This document shows positions 26,520-35,684 of a stretch of 64,000 nucleotides of DNA, in pieces. The notes below the pieces were generated by a model that was given only the letters and a program-made list of their open reading frames with translations, was not told the origin of the DNA and made no database searches. Source of the stretch: Gemmatimonadaceae bacterium (GTDB lineage: Bacteria; Gemmatimonadota; Gemmatimonadetes; Gemmatimonadales; Gemmatimonadaceae); assembly GCA_025928335.1 (NCBI GenBank), contig JAICJQ010000004.1, forward strand, positions 6,228-70,227. Reading direction: 5' to 3'. Position numbers and translations under genes: made by a program. Within the stretch, counting starts at the first letter, position 1. Each line of letters opens with the position of its first letter.

Positions 26520-27851
26520 ATGGCCGGGGCGACGAAATCCGACGTGCTCGAGCTCACCGAAAAGCTGAATGTGCGCTTCATGCGCCTTCAGTTCACGGAC
26601 ATCCTCGGTATCAACAAGAACGTCGAGATTCCGTCGACGCAGTTCGAGAAAGCCCTGGCCGGGGACATCATGTTCGACGGCTCGTCGATCGAGGGATTCG
26701 TTCGGATCGAAGAATCGGACATGCTGCTCGTGCCGGATCTGGAAACGTTCCTGGTGTATCCGTGGGGCGACGATGAGAACCGCATCTGCCGTCTCATCTG
26801 CGACATTCACCGCCCCAGCGGGGAGCCGTTCGTGGGCGATCCGCGTGGCCGACTGAAGGCGTTGCTTGCCAAAGCGAAAGCGCTCGGCTTCACGATGAAC
26901 GCGGGTATGGAAGCCGAGTTCTTCTTGTTCAAGCCGGGTGAGCAGGGCGAAGCGACCACGGCGACGCATGACGTCGGAGGGTACTTCGATCTGGCGCCGA
27001 CCGACCTCGGCGAAGACGCGCGGCGGGCGATGGTGGACACACTCGAGCGAATGGGGTTTGAGGTCGAGGCGGCTCACCACGAGGTCGCGCATGGGCAACA
27101 CGAGATCGACTTTCGATACGCCGACGCCCTGAAGACGGCGGATAATATCGCGACCTTCCGATTTGTCGTGAAGCACGTTGCCTCACGGTTCGGGCTGCTC
27201 GCGTCGTTCATGCCGAAGCCCATTTACGGGCAGAACGGCAGCGGGATGCATACACACCAATCGCTGTTTCGCGGAAAGGAAAACGCATTCTGGGATGGGG
27301 CGGCGGAGTGGGAGCTGTCGACGACCGCGCTGCACTACATCGGCGGATTGTTGCGGCACGCGCGGGGGATGTGCGCGATCACGAATCCGCTTGTCAATTC
27401 GTACAAGCGACTGGTGCCAGGGTACGAAGCGCCGGTGAATGTTGCGTGGTCGATGCGGAATCGGTCGCCGCTGATTCGAGTGCCCGACCGTCGCGGGCCG
27501 GGCACTCGCGTCGAGCTACGAATGCCGGATCCGGCCGCAAATCCATATCTCGCGTTGACGGTGATGCTCGCGGCCGGGCTGGACGGCATCGAAACGCGAG
27601 CGGACCACCGCGAGCCGGTGAACGAGAATATCTGGGAGATGAGCTTCCGCGAGAAACGGCGACTCCGCATCGACGATCTGCCGCACGACCTCAACGAAGC
27701 GTTGGACGAGCTCGAGAAGGATGACATGATCACCGACGCTCTGGGCAAGCATATCACGTCGCATTTCGTCGCCGCGAAGCGACAGGAATGGCGCGACTAC
27801 ATCACGCAGGTGAGTGCGTGGGAACTCGAGAGCTATCTGGCCAAATATTAG
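26520..27851 (+). CDS. glnA: Glutamine synthetase type I
   Basis: FDGSSIEGF, MEAEFF, HHEVAHGQHEI, FMPKP..GQNGSGMH, NSYKRLVPGYEAP, RVELRMPD. Confidence 0.96.
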   Translation: MAGATKSDVLELTEKLNVRFMRLQFTDILGINKNVEIPSTQFEKALAGDIMFDGSSIEGFVRIEESDMLLVPDLETFLVYPWGDDENRICRLICDIHRPSGEPFVGDPRGRLKALLAKAKALGFTMNAGMEAEFFLFKPGEQGEATTATHDVGGYFDLAPTDLGEDARRAMVDTLERMGFEVEAAHHEVAHGQHEIDFRYADALKTADNIATFRFVVKHVASRFGLLASFMPKPIYGQNGSGMHTHQSLFRGKENAFWDGAAEWELSTTALHYIGGLLRHARGMCAITNPLVNSYKRLVPGYEAPVNVAWSMRNRSPLIRVPDRRGPGTRVELRMPDPAANPYLALTVMLAAGLDGIETRADHREPVNENIWEMSFREKRRLRIDDLPHDLNEALDELEKDDMITDALGKHITSHFVAAKRQEWRDYITQVSAWELESYLAKY

Positions 27852-27861
27852 GAATGGACCA

Positions 27862-28296
27862 GTGAATCAAGTCTCCATTCGGGACGCCGAAGAGCGAGAT
27901 GCGCCGGCCATTGCCGCGCTGTGCGGGCAGCTGGGATATCCGACTCCGACTGAGTCGGTCGTACCGCGAATCGACCGGCTGCGAGAATACGCGCAGGCCC
28001 GTGTGATCGTCGCCGTGGTCGAGGGCTCGCCGGTTGGCCTCGCGACGATCCACCTGCGGCACATGATCAATCACGAGGCACCGATCGGTCAGCTGACGTT
28101 GCTCGTCGTCGACGAGCGCGTGCGCGGCCAGGGCGTCGGGCGGGTCCTCGTGGCCGAATCGGAGGCGTGGGCGCGTGCGCGCGGGTGCAAGCGATTCGTC
28201 GTCACGACGGCGCTGCGGCGTACGGAGGCGCACGCGTTTTATGAGAAGCTTGGCTTTACCCATACCGGTCGCCGGTACGGGAAGGATTTCTCGTAG
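27862..28296 (+). CDS. GNAT family N-acetyltransferase
   Basis: LVVDERVRGQGVGRVL acetyl-CoA motif; AHAFYEKLGF. Confidence 0.9.
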   Translation: MNQVSIRDAEERDAPAIAALCGQLGYPTPTESVVPRIDRLREYAQARVIVAVVEGSPVGLATIHLRHMINHEAPIGQLTLLVVDERVRGQGVGRVLVAESEAWARARGCKRFVVTTALRRTEAHAFYEKLGFTHTGRRYGKDFS

Positions 28297-28308
28297 AGAA
28301 ACGAGGGC

Positions 28309-29151
28309 GTGATGAACATGTGGCCGCGACGCGTTGTGATGATGGGCGTGATTGCCAGCGCATCACTCGCGATGGGACGGAGCGCCCCGAGCTACGAGGT
28401 GTACGGGATCCGATACGCGACGATCCCCAACTTTCGCGTATCGAGCCTCATCCAAGGTGCGGACACCACCCGCCGTCTCGACATTGCGATGATGGTGTGG
28501 CTGCTCAAGGGGTCGGATGGCCGCAACGTGGTCGTGGACGCGGGATTTCATCGCGCGGATTTCGTGACCCGATGGAAGCCGACGAACTTCGTCCCGCCGA
28601 GCGAAGCGCTAGAACGCGCGGGGGTGAAGGCGGACGACGTCACGGACGTCATCATCTCACACATCCACTGGGATCACCTGGACGGCATCGATCTCTTTCC
28701 GAAGGCACGGGTGTGGATCCAACGCGAGGAGTTTGAATACCACCTGGATTCAGCGGGCACAGTGCGCAACCGTGCCATCGACGCCGGCGACGCGAAAATC
28801 CTCGCGGAGATTGCTCGGCGGGGTCGACTGATGCTCGTCGACGGCGACGCGAAGGAGATCATTCCGGGCATTACGGTCTATACCGGCGGAAAGCACACCT
28901 ACGCATCGCAGTTCGCCGCGGTGAAGAGCGGCGCAAATACTGTCGTCGTCGCGTCGGACAACTTGTATCTCTACGAGAACCTGGCGCGGCGAGTACCCAT
29001 CGCGCAGACGCTCGACGCTGCGTCGAATGTGAAGGCGCAGGGGCGTATGCTGAGCCTCGCGAGCGACCCGCGGCTTATCGTGCCCGGACACGATCCCGAG
29101 GTATTTGCCCGGTTCGCAGAACCAGGGAACGGAGTCGCCTGGATCCACTGA
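28309..29151 (+). CDS. Metallo-beta-lactamase-fold hydrolase (AHL-lactonase-like), exported
   Basis: SHIHWDH (HxHxDH), GKHT, ASDNLY, PGHD; signal peptide. Confidence 0.85.
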   Translation: MMNMWPRRVVMMGVIASASLAMGRSAPSYEVYGIRYATIPNFRVSSLIQGADTTRRLDIAMMVWLLKGSDGRNVVVDAGFHRADFVTRWKPTNFVPPSEALERAGVKADDVTDVIISHIHWDHLDGIDLFPKARVWIQREEFEYHLDSAGTVRNRAIDAGDAKILAEIARRGRLMLVDGDAKEIIPGITVYTGGKHTYASQFAAVKSGANTVVVASDNLYLYENLARRVPIAQTLDAASNVKAQGRMLSLASDPRLIVPGHDPEVFARFAEPGNGVAWIH

Positions 29152-29215
29152 CGCGCGACGTGAGAAGCGCGCTGTAGCGCGGCTTAAACGGCCGCAGTGG
29201 GCGGGGCGACCGCGA

Positions 29216-31036
29216 CTACGGAATCATGACACCGTCGCGGCGCTGCTCGGACGGTTTTGGCGCCTGCTCGTGGTCGGTGCGCCCGAGATTGAATGCCGTG
29301 CTGAGGAGAGCAATATGCGAGAACGCCTGCGGAAAATTGCCGGCCTGCCGCTGCAACCGGGGATCGTACTCCTCGGCCAGCAGTCCGACGTCGTTGCGCA
29401 ATGACAAGAGCCGCTCGAACAACCGAACCGCATCCGCACGACGGCCGAGCAGGATGTAGTTGTCGGCGAGCCAGAAACTGCACGCGAGAAAGGCGCCTTC
29501 GCCCTCGGGCAGTCCGTCGTCGGTGGCGGCGCTGTCGTAGCGAAGAACGAAGCCGTCGACGAGCAGGTGCTTCTCTACGTACTCGACGGTTCCACGCACG
29601 CGAGGATCGCTCGGAGGCAGAAAGCCGACGAGTGGAATGAGCAGCACGCTCGCATCGGCGAGCTTTGAACCGTACGACTGGACGAAGGCGTTGACGCTCG
29701 GGTTGAACGCTTTCGCGCAGACGTCGGCGTGGATCTTGTCGCGCAGGGCGCGCCAATGGTCGAGTGGGCCGTCGAGGCCGAACATCTTGGCGCTCTTGAT
29801 GGCGCGGTCGAAGGCGACCCAGGCCATGACCTTGGAGTGGGTGAACTGCTGCGGCGTGCCGCGGACTTCCCAGATGCTCTGGTCGGGCTGATCCCAGATC
29901 TGTTCGAGCCGTTTGGCGAGCGCTTTCTCGAGCGACCACGCCTCCCCGATCTCCTTGATCTGGCCCATGCGCGCCTGGTGGAGCGCATCCATCACCTCGC
30001 CGTACACGTCGAGCTGCAGCTGTTCGTGCGCCGCGTTGCCGACCCGGACCGGTTTAGAGTTTTCATAACCAGGCAGCCAGGGAAGCTCCCATTCGCGAAG
30101 CAAGCGCTCGCCGGCAATTCCGTACATGATCTGCGCCTGATTGGGGCTGCCCGCCGCGGCGCGAAGCAGCCAGTCACGCCACGCCTCCGCTTCCCGGAAA
30201 TAGCCGGCGTCCATGAGGGCGAGGAGAGTGAGCGTGGCATCGCGCAACCAGCAAAAACGATAGTCCCAGTTTCGGACACCCCCGATCTGCTCCGGAAGCG
30301 ACGTGGTCGGCGCGGCGACGATACCGCCGGTGGGGGCGTACGTCAGGGCCTTGAGCGTGAGCAGCGAACGCATCACGGGCTCTCGCCACTCGCCGCGATA
30401 CGTGCAGACACCGGCCCAGTGCGTCCAGAACTGCTCCGTCGTGCGGAGAACCTTGTCCGGATCGGCGGTCTTCGGTGGCTGCTGGTGTGACGGCGCCCAG
30501 GTCATGACGAAGGACACGCGCTCACCCTCGCCCACCGTGAATTCGCCAACGGTCGTGAGATCCTTCCCGCGCAGCTCGATGTCGGACTTGACGACGACCA
30601 TGTCCGGGCCCGCGATGGCGCGCAGCGAACTGTCGTCGAGGCGGCTCACCCATGGCACGAGTGACCCGTACTCGAATCGGAAGATGAGCTGCGTATGCAT
30701 CGCGACGCGCCCACGCAGCCCGACGACAGTTCGTACGACGTTCGATCGATGGTCGCGCAGCGGCATGAAGTCGATGACGCGTACGGCGCCATCGCCGGTT
30801 TCGTAATCCGTCTCGAGGATCAACGTGTCGCCGCGATAGCGGCGCGACACACGGGCATCCGTGTCGACGGGCGCGAGCAGCCAACGACCATTCTCCGGAG
30901 TGCCAAGCAGCGCGGCGAAGCAGGCGCCGGAATCGAAGCGCGGCCAACAGAGCCAATCGATGGATCCATGGCGTGACACGAGCGCCGCCGTCTCGCAGTC
31001 CCCGATGAGCGCATAGTCTTCGATCCGGTCCGCCAT
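29216..31036 (-). CDS. Glycoside hydrolase family 15 (trehalase/glucoamylase-like)
   Basis: IEDYALIGD, AAPTTSLPE..GG.RNWDYRFCWLRDA, QLDVYGE, EGAFLACSFW, GLLAEE, GNFPQAFSH. Confidence 0.94.
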   Translation of the reverse strand: MADRIEDYALIGDCETAALVSRHGSIDWLCWPRFDSGACFAALLGTPENGRWLLAPVDTDARVSRRYRGDTLILETDYETGDGAVRVIDFMPLRDHRSNVVRTVVGLRGRVAMHTQLIFRFEYGSLVPWVSRLDDSSLRAIAGPDMVVVKSDIELRGKDLTTVGEFTVGEGERVSFVMTWAPSHQQPPKTADPDKVLRTTEQFWTHWAGVCTYRGEWREPVMRSLLTLKALTYAPTGGIVAAPTTSLPEQIGGVRNWDYRFCWLRDATLTLLALMDAGYFREAEAWRDWLLRAAAGSPNQAQIMYGIAGERLLREWELPWLPGYENSKPVRVGNAAHEQLQLDVYGEVMDALHQARMGQIKEIGEAWSLEKALAKRLEQIWDQPDQSIWEVRGTPQQFTHSKVMAWVAFDRAIKSAKMFGLDGPLDHWRALRDKIHADVCAKAFNPSVNAFVQSYGSKLADASVLLIPLVGFLPPSDPRVRGTVEYVEKHLLVDGFVLRYDSAATDDGLPEGEGAFLACSFWLADNYILLGRRADAVRLFERLLSLRNDVGLLAEEYDPRLQRQAGNFPQAFSHIALLSTAFNLGRTDHEQAPKPSEQRRDGVMIP

Positions 31037-31045
31037 GTCGCGCGC

Positions 31046-32119
31046 CTAGTCCAAGCCCACGGCTTTCGTGTCGAAGAGCACGACGGTCTTGATGTCGTCG
31101 GGATGACGTACGAAGGCGTCCTTCCAGCGGTCCACCGGAACGCGCTTCGTGATCAGCCGGTGTAGCCAATCGCGATCCGCGTTCGCCAAAGCGGCGATAG
31201 CCGCCTCGTAGTGGCGGCGATTGGCATTTACAGATCCGAAGATCACGCGGTTGTCGAGGACAACCTCTCTGTTGAGCGAACCGAGATCGACGGACCGCAC
31301 GCCGCCGCTTTCGGACACGCCGAGGAGACACACCAAGCCGTCGGCCGTGCTTCGGTTGAGCACCTCGGCGATCACAGTGGGCGCGCCGGTGCACTCGATG
31401 ATGACGTCAAAGTCGCCGGGCACGGAGTCGAAGGAACCGTTGCAGTAGGTAGCCCCCAAGTCGCGCACGATGTCCGGCTTCGGTCCCTCACTGGCGAGAT
31501 CGAAGACATGGACCTCGAGACCGCGCTGCTTACCGAGCAGCGCGGCGAGCAGGCCGACAGGACCGGCCCCGGTGACGAGAACTGATCGCGGTTGCCACCG
31601 CGCGCGTTGGCCGATGCGCTCACAATGCTCCCAGGCTTTCGCAACGACGCTCGTGGGCTCGGTCAGCACGCCGGCGAGTCCAAGCTTCGCCGTGCCGGGC
31701 ACGACAAATGAAGGTTCGATGCGCCAAAATTCCGAACCAAAGCCGTCGAGCGACTTGATGCCATGCTCCGTATAGCGACCATTTCGACACATATCCCACT
31801 CGCCGACGGCGCAGTTCGCGCAGGGGACGGGATCGGGGTGTCGAACGATGCCGACAACCATGTCGCCGGCGCGGAGCTTGGAATCCTTTGGCGCCTCCTC
31901 GACGACGCCGAGCGACTCATGTCCAATGATCAGGCGCTTATGACCGGGCGGCGCGGCGCCGTATTCGCCGGCAATGATTTCGCGGTCAGTTCCGCAGACG
32001 CCGAGCGCGACAGCGCGTACAAGTACCGATCCGCGGTCGGCGGACGGTATTTGAAACTCTTCGAGCCGAAGCGAATCGGGAATTCCCGGCTCGACCGTCA
32101 GCGATCGCATGGAAGGCAC
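31046..32119 (-). CDS. Zinc-dependent glucose 1-dehydrogenase (MDR family)
   Basis: GVCGTDRE, GHESLG, structural Zn CANC...C, GAGPVG, FGSVNANRRH. Confidence 0.88.
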   Translation of the reverse strand: MPSMRSLTVEPGIPDSLRLEEFQIPSADRGSVLVRAVALGVCGTDREIIAGEYGAAPPGHKRLIIGHESLGVVEEAPKDSKLRAGDMVVGIVRHPDPVPCANCAVGEWDMCRNGRYTEHGIKSLDGFGSEFWRIEPSFVVPGTAKLGLAGVLTEPTSVVAKAWEHCERIGQRARWQPRSVLVTGAGPVGLLAALLGKQRGLEVHVFDLASEGPKPDIVRDLGATYCNGSFDSVPGDFDVIIECTGAPTVIAEVLNRSTADGLVCLLGVSESGGVRSVDLGSLNREVVLDNRVIFGSVNANRRHYEAAIAALANADRDWLHRLITKRVPVDRWKDAFVRHPDDIKTVVLFDTKAVGLD

Positions 32120-32200
32120 GCCGACGGTCTCTGCAGAAAGCGCACCGCGATCAGACGTTCGGGCGATTGGGCGATCGGGCAGCTCGGCCGGCGAGACTAA

Positions 32201-32719
32201 ATGGCGGGCGACGCGAGCGGGCTACGAGTCATTGTTGTCATGGGTGTCGCGGGCGCCGGGAAGACGCTCGTGGGCTCAACGCTGGCACGAGCGCTCGGAT
32301 GGGCGTTCTACGACGCGGACGATTTTCATTCGCCCGCCAACGTGGCGAAGATGCATCGCGGGATCGGCCTCACGGACGCCGACCGAGCACCGTGGTTGGC
32401 CAGTTTGCGTGACATGATCGAGCGAGTGATCCGCGACGGCAGACACGCCGTGCTGGCCTGCTCGGCGCTCAAGGAGTCGTATCGGAGAACGCTCACGCCA
32501 GATGACGCGCCGACGGGAACGGTGCGCTTTGTCTATCTTGACGTACCAGCGGACGTGCTGCGCTATCGCCTCGAACATCGCCCTCGTCATTTCGCGCCGC
32601 CCGAATTGCTCAGCAGTCAACTCGCGACGTTGGAGCGGCCGCGCGACGCGACGTGTGTAGACGGGACTCTTCCCCCGGAAGAGATCGTTCGCGTCGTGCG
32701 CTCGGAGCTCAGCGTCTAG
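32201..32719 (+). CDS. gntK: Gluconokinase
   Basis: MGVAGAGKT P-loop, DADDFH..AN..KM..G..LTD.DR.PWL, LACSALK..YR, LL.SQLATLE.P. Confidence 0.93.
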   Translation: MAGDASGLRVIVVMGVAGAGKTLVGSTLARALGWAFYDADDFHSPANVAKMHRGIGLTDADRAPWLASLRDMIERVIRDGRHAVLACSALKESYRRTLTPDDAPTGTVRFVYLDVPADVLRYRLEHRPRHFAPPELLSSQLATLERPRDATCVDGTLPPEEIVRVVRSELSV

Positions 32720-33426
32720 CGATTCGAGCCCGCGTGGCTGGCGACGCCGTTTCCGCCATTGACGAAGGCTACCAATGCCGTGATCTCGCGTGGGTCGAGC
32801 CCAAGTCGCGGCATGCGGACGTAGGTCGTGCCGCCGATGCCGCTCTTCGGGTTCTGGGAGAGCGGGCTTTTGTCTGGATCATCGAGGAAGGCAGCGAGAA
32901 CCTCAGGCACGTAGCGGCGTCCCGTGAGGTTTGGCCCCACGCTGGTCGTCTCCCAGTCCGACGTCTCGGGATGCACGTGACAGGTGATGCATCCTTTTGC
33001 GACGAAGAGGTGCTTGCCACGAAGCGCATCGCGCATAGGCCGCGGCGCGGCAGCGCCGGACGCGACTACCTGCAGCGGCATGAGCGGCGTGGACTTCGTG
33101 CCGTTCATGAAACCGGAGCGGATATCGATGGTCCACGCGCCTTCACGGGGCAGCGTCATGGTCGCGGCGTAATGCCCGTTTGCCGTCGTGCTGGTCTTCG
33201 CCTCGATTACTGCGGAGCCGCTTCGCGCGAAGACGTACGGTCGCAAATCGTTGAGTGGAGTCATGCCGTGCTGTCGAACCGCAAACGTCAGTGTCATCGG
33301 CGTTCCCGCCACCGCGTACTCGGGGAGCGAATCCACGGTGACGACAATCCACCCGCCAAAGGCGAAGGCGGCTGGCGGAAGAGCGATGAGCGCGAGTGTC
33401 GTGATGCGAATCGAGCGACGGCACAT
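32716..33426 (-). CDS. Exported c-type cytochrome with N-terminal Ig-like (YtkA/FixH-like) domain
   Basis: Signal peptide; GHYAATMTLPREGAWTI; CITCH haem motif, VGPNLT and distal Met (RMP). Confidence 0.8.
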   Translation of the reverse strand: MCRRSIRITTLALIALPPAAFAFGGWIVVTVDSLPEYAVAGTPMTLTFAVRQHGMTPLNDLRPYVFARSGSAVIEAKTSTTANGHYAATMTLPREGAWTIDIRSGFMNGTKSTPLMPLQVVASGAAAPRPMRDALRGKHLFVAKGCITCHVHPETSDWETTSVGPNLTGRRYVPEVLAAFLDDPDKSPLSQNPKSGIGGTTYVRMPRLGLDPREITALVAFVNGGNGVASHAGSNR

Positions 33427-33450
33427 GGGACCTCCCGATCCTGCCTCGAG

Positions 33451-35496
33451 TTAGCCGCACGACGCTCGACCCCTCCCTTGACCGCGAGTGTCGGTCGCCG
33501 TGGGCGGCGCCGAGGCGCGCGGCCAGACGTTGTCCGACGGATCATGGTCGGGGAAACGGCAGTGCGGATCCAGAGTGACCTTTTCGACCTTTCGGCCTCC
33601 CAATTGGATGTCCGCTTTGAAGGTTTTGCTTACACCGCTGAACCACACGTCGACTGGATAGGTGACCACGACGGTGTCACCAGCGACGCTTGCGTTCGCC
33701 GGGGCTTTGATCGGCGCGTTGCCGGGCGCGAGCTGCAGCTTGAGGACGATCGGCGATGGCATCTGCCCGTCCTGCTTGACGGTGACGATGGTGTGGGCGC
33801 CGTTCGTCGTCACATTCTGGATGGAGCCGTCGACGGATTCGGTGGTGAAGAGCCAGTAGTACCAAAACCAGCCGAGGTCACGATGCAGCGCGTTGCTCAT
33901 GAAGAAGGCGTAGTCCCAGGGCGACGGATGTTTGAAGCGCCAGGCTTTCGCATACTCTGATTGCGCGCGCCAGACGGCCGTATCGCCGACGATCGCGCCG
34001 AGCATGGAGAGCATGAGCGGGGTTTTGGAGTACGCCTGGAAGGAGTAGAGCGGTCCGCCGAAGTTCTCGTTCCACATGAGCGATCCTTCTCGCTCATCTC
34101 CACTCGTGCGGCCGTATGATTGCCCGAGGCCGTCGAGGTCGGGCGGGCGATGCGCCGCGTCGGCGGCGGAGAGGATATTCATGTACTGGTTGAACCCTTC
34201 GTCCATCCAGCCATACCAGGTTTCGTTGTTGCTGACCATCATCGGCCACCATTGGTGACCAGTCTCGTGATCGGCGGGACCGTCGTTGGACATGACGAGC
34301 ATGGGATACTCCATGCCGTTGTCCGGACCGTCGACCATTGTGTGTTGAGGAAACGCGTCGGGCATCCAGAGTTTGGAGTAGAACTCGAGCGCGTGGCGAA
34401 GAATCGGACCGGAGGTGGAGAATTGTGCCGCGCGGCCCGGCAAGTAGTAGACGTTGACGGGAATGGCACCGCGGCCGGGGATGGTTGCGCGCGTGGCCTG
34501 CCACACCCAGTGACGGGCGGTGGCCCAGGCGAAATCGTTCACGGTGTCGGCGACGAAGTGCCAGACTTGGCGGTCGCCGCCGGCGGGCGACGCGAGTGTC
34601 TCGTCTGGACCGACGATGGTCCGCGTCGAATCCGATGAAAGCACGTGCGACAAACGCTCGCGCGCGGTTGCGGATAGGACCTGCGTGGGGTTCTGAAGGA
34701 CTCCGGTGGCGCCAACGATCCAGCCCGACGGCACGTCGATGCTGACATCGAAGCGACCGAAGTTATTGTAAAACTCAGCGGGCCCGAGATAGGGCTCGGT
34801 GTCCCAGCCGCGAAGATCATCGAAGACCGCGACGCGCGGGTACCATTGCGCGACTTGATAGAGCGAGTCGCCCCACCGCAGTGTCATGCGGTGGCCGGCG
34901 CCTGGGCCGCCGGCGAGCTTGTTGTGCCACTCGATCTCGATGGTGGCGACACCCTTCGGCGCGATCGGGCTCGGGAGATTCAAACGCGCCGACGTGGTAT
35001 GGAGGCCACTGATCGAAGGCCCGCCGGTCGGTTGCACCCCGCCGCGCCCGCGTCCCATCGATTGCGCGTTGAGATCGACGGTGGATCCGTCAACCTTGAA
35101 TTCCGTAATCACGAAGCCGTCGTGATTTTCGGCTGGAGTGGATGCGCCGCGCGGGACGTCGCCGCGGAAGATGTTTTGATCGAGGCGGAATTGGATCGAT
35201 GAGAGGGGAGTGTCGCTGTTGTTGTGCAGCTTGATCGTTTCGCGTCCGGCGATCGTGGAGGTCGCGGGCTCGAGGCGAACGTTGATGGTGTAATCCATCC
35301 AGAGCTGCCAATAGTTTCGTCCGGGGCGACCTGTGGAATCGCGCGTTCCGACGGCGAGCGCGTGTCGAATCGCGTTCGTGAGTGGGATATCACGACGGAT
35401 GGCGCGCGTCGGCGCCTGGGCGACCGCGCCGGTGCCGGCAAGGGGCGGAAAAACGATCGTGGCGACGAGCGCCGCGAACGCGGAACGACGTTTCAC
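33451..35496 (-). CDS. M1 family metalloaminopeptidase, exported
   Basis: PGRNYWQ, AQWYPR, GMEYP, HETGH...WMDEG, WRFKHP. Confidence 0.9.
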   Translation of the reverse strand: MKRRSAFAALVATIVFPPLAGTGAVAQAPTRAIRRDIPLTNAIRHALAVGTRDSTGRPGRNYWQLWMDYTINVRLEPATSTIAGRETIKLHNNSDTPLSSIQFRLDQNIFRGDVPRGASTPAENHDGFVITEFKVDGSTVDLNAQSMGRGRGGVQPTGGPSISGLHTTSARLNLPSPIAPKGVATIEIEWHNKLAGGPGAGHRMTLRWGDSLYQVAQWYPRVAVFDDLRGWDTEPYLGPAEFYNNFGRFDVSIDVPSGWIVGATGVLQNPTQVLSATARERLSHVLSSDSTRTIVGPDETLASPAGGDRQVWHFVADTVNDFAWATARHWVWQATRATIPGRGAIPVNVYYLPGRAAQFSTSGPILRHALEFYSKLWMPDAFPQHTMVDGPDNGMEYPMLVMSNDGPADHETGHQWWPMMVSNNETWYGWMDEGFNQYMNILSAADAAHRPPDLDGLGQSYGRTSGDEREGSLMWNENFGGPLYSFQAYSKTPLMLSMLGAIVGDTAVWRAQSEYAKAWRFKHPSPWDYAFFMSNALHRDLGWFWYYWLFTTESVDGSIQNVTTNGAHTIVTVKQDGQMPSPIVLKLQLAPGNAPIKAPANASVAGDTVVVTYPVDVWFSGVSKTFKADIQLGGRKVEKVTLDPHCRFPDHDPSDNVWPRASAPPTATDTRGQGRGRASCG

Positions 35497-35564
35497 GTGT
35501 TCGACTCCGGTCTGGGAGAGCTCGAGGAACGGCTTCGGATTCTACATCATCGGCGCATGAAAGC

Positions 35565-35683
35565 CATGTTCTGAGCGAAGCGAAGGACCTACCGTCATTG
35601 ACTAGTTACTAGTCGAGGACAGTAGCTCCTTCCGTCGCTGCGCTCCTCAGGATGACAAATGGGGTGCGCTCCTCAGGATGACA
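35565..35683. repeat. REP-like palindromic element (CTGAGCGAAGCGAAGGA / CTCAGGATGACA arms)
   Basis: Left arm ttctgagcgaagcgaaggacctac; right arm gtagctccttccgtcgctgcgctcctcaggatgaca plus a duplicated right-arm end; related copy at 46221. Confidence 0.75.
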
Positions 35684-35684
35684 A

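Noticed and set aside
35565..35683. Possible CRISPR mini-array (direct repeat TGCGCTCCTCAGGATGACA)
   Set aside because: Only two copies with a ~7-nt gap, no spacers of CRISPR length and no cas genes; fits a REP-like element.
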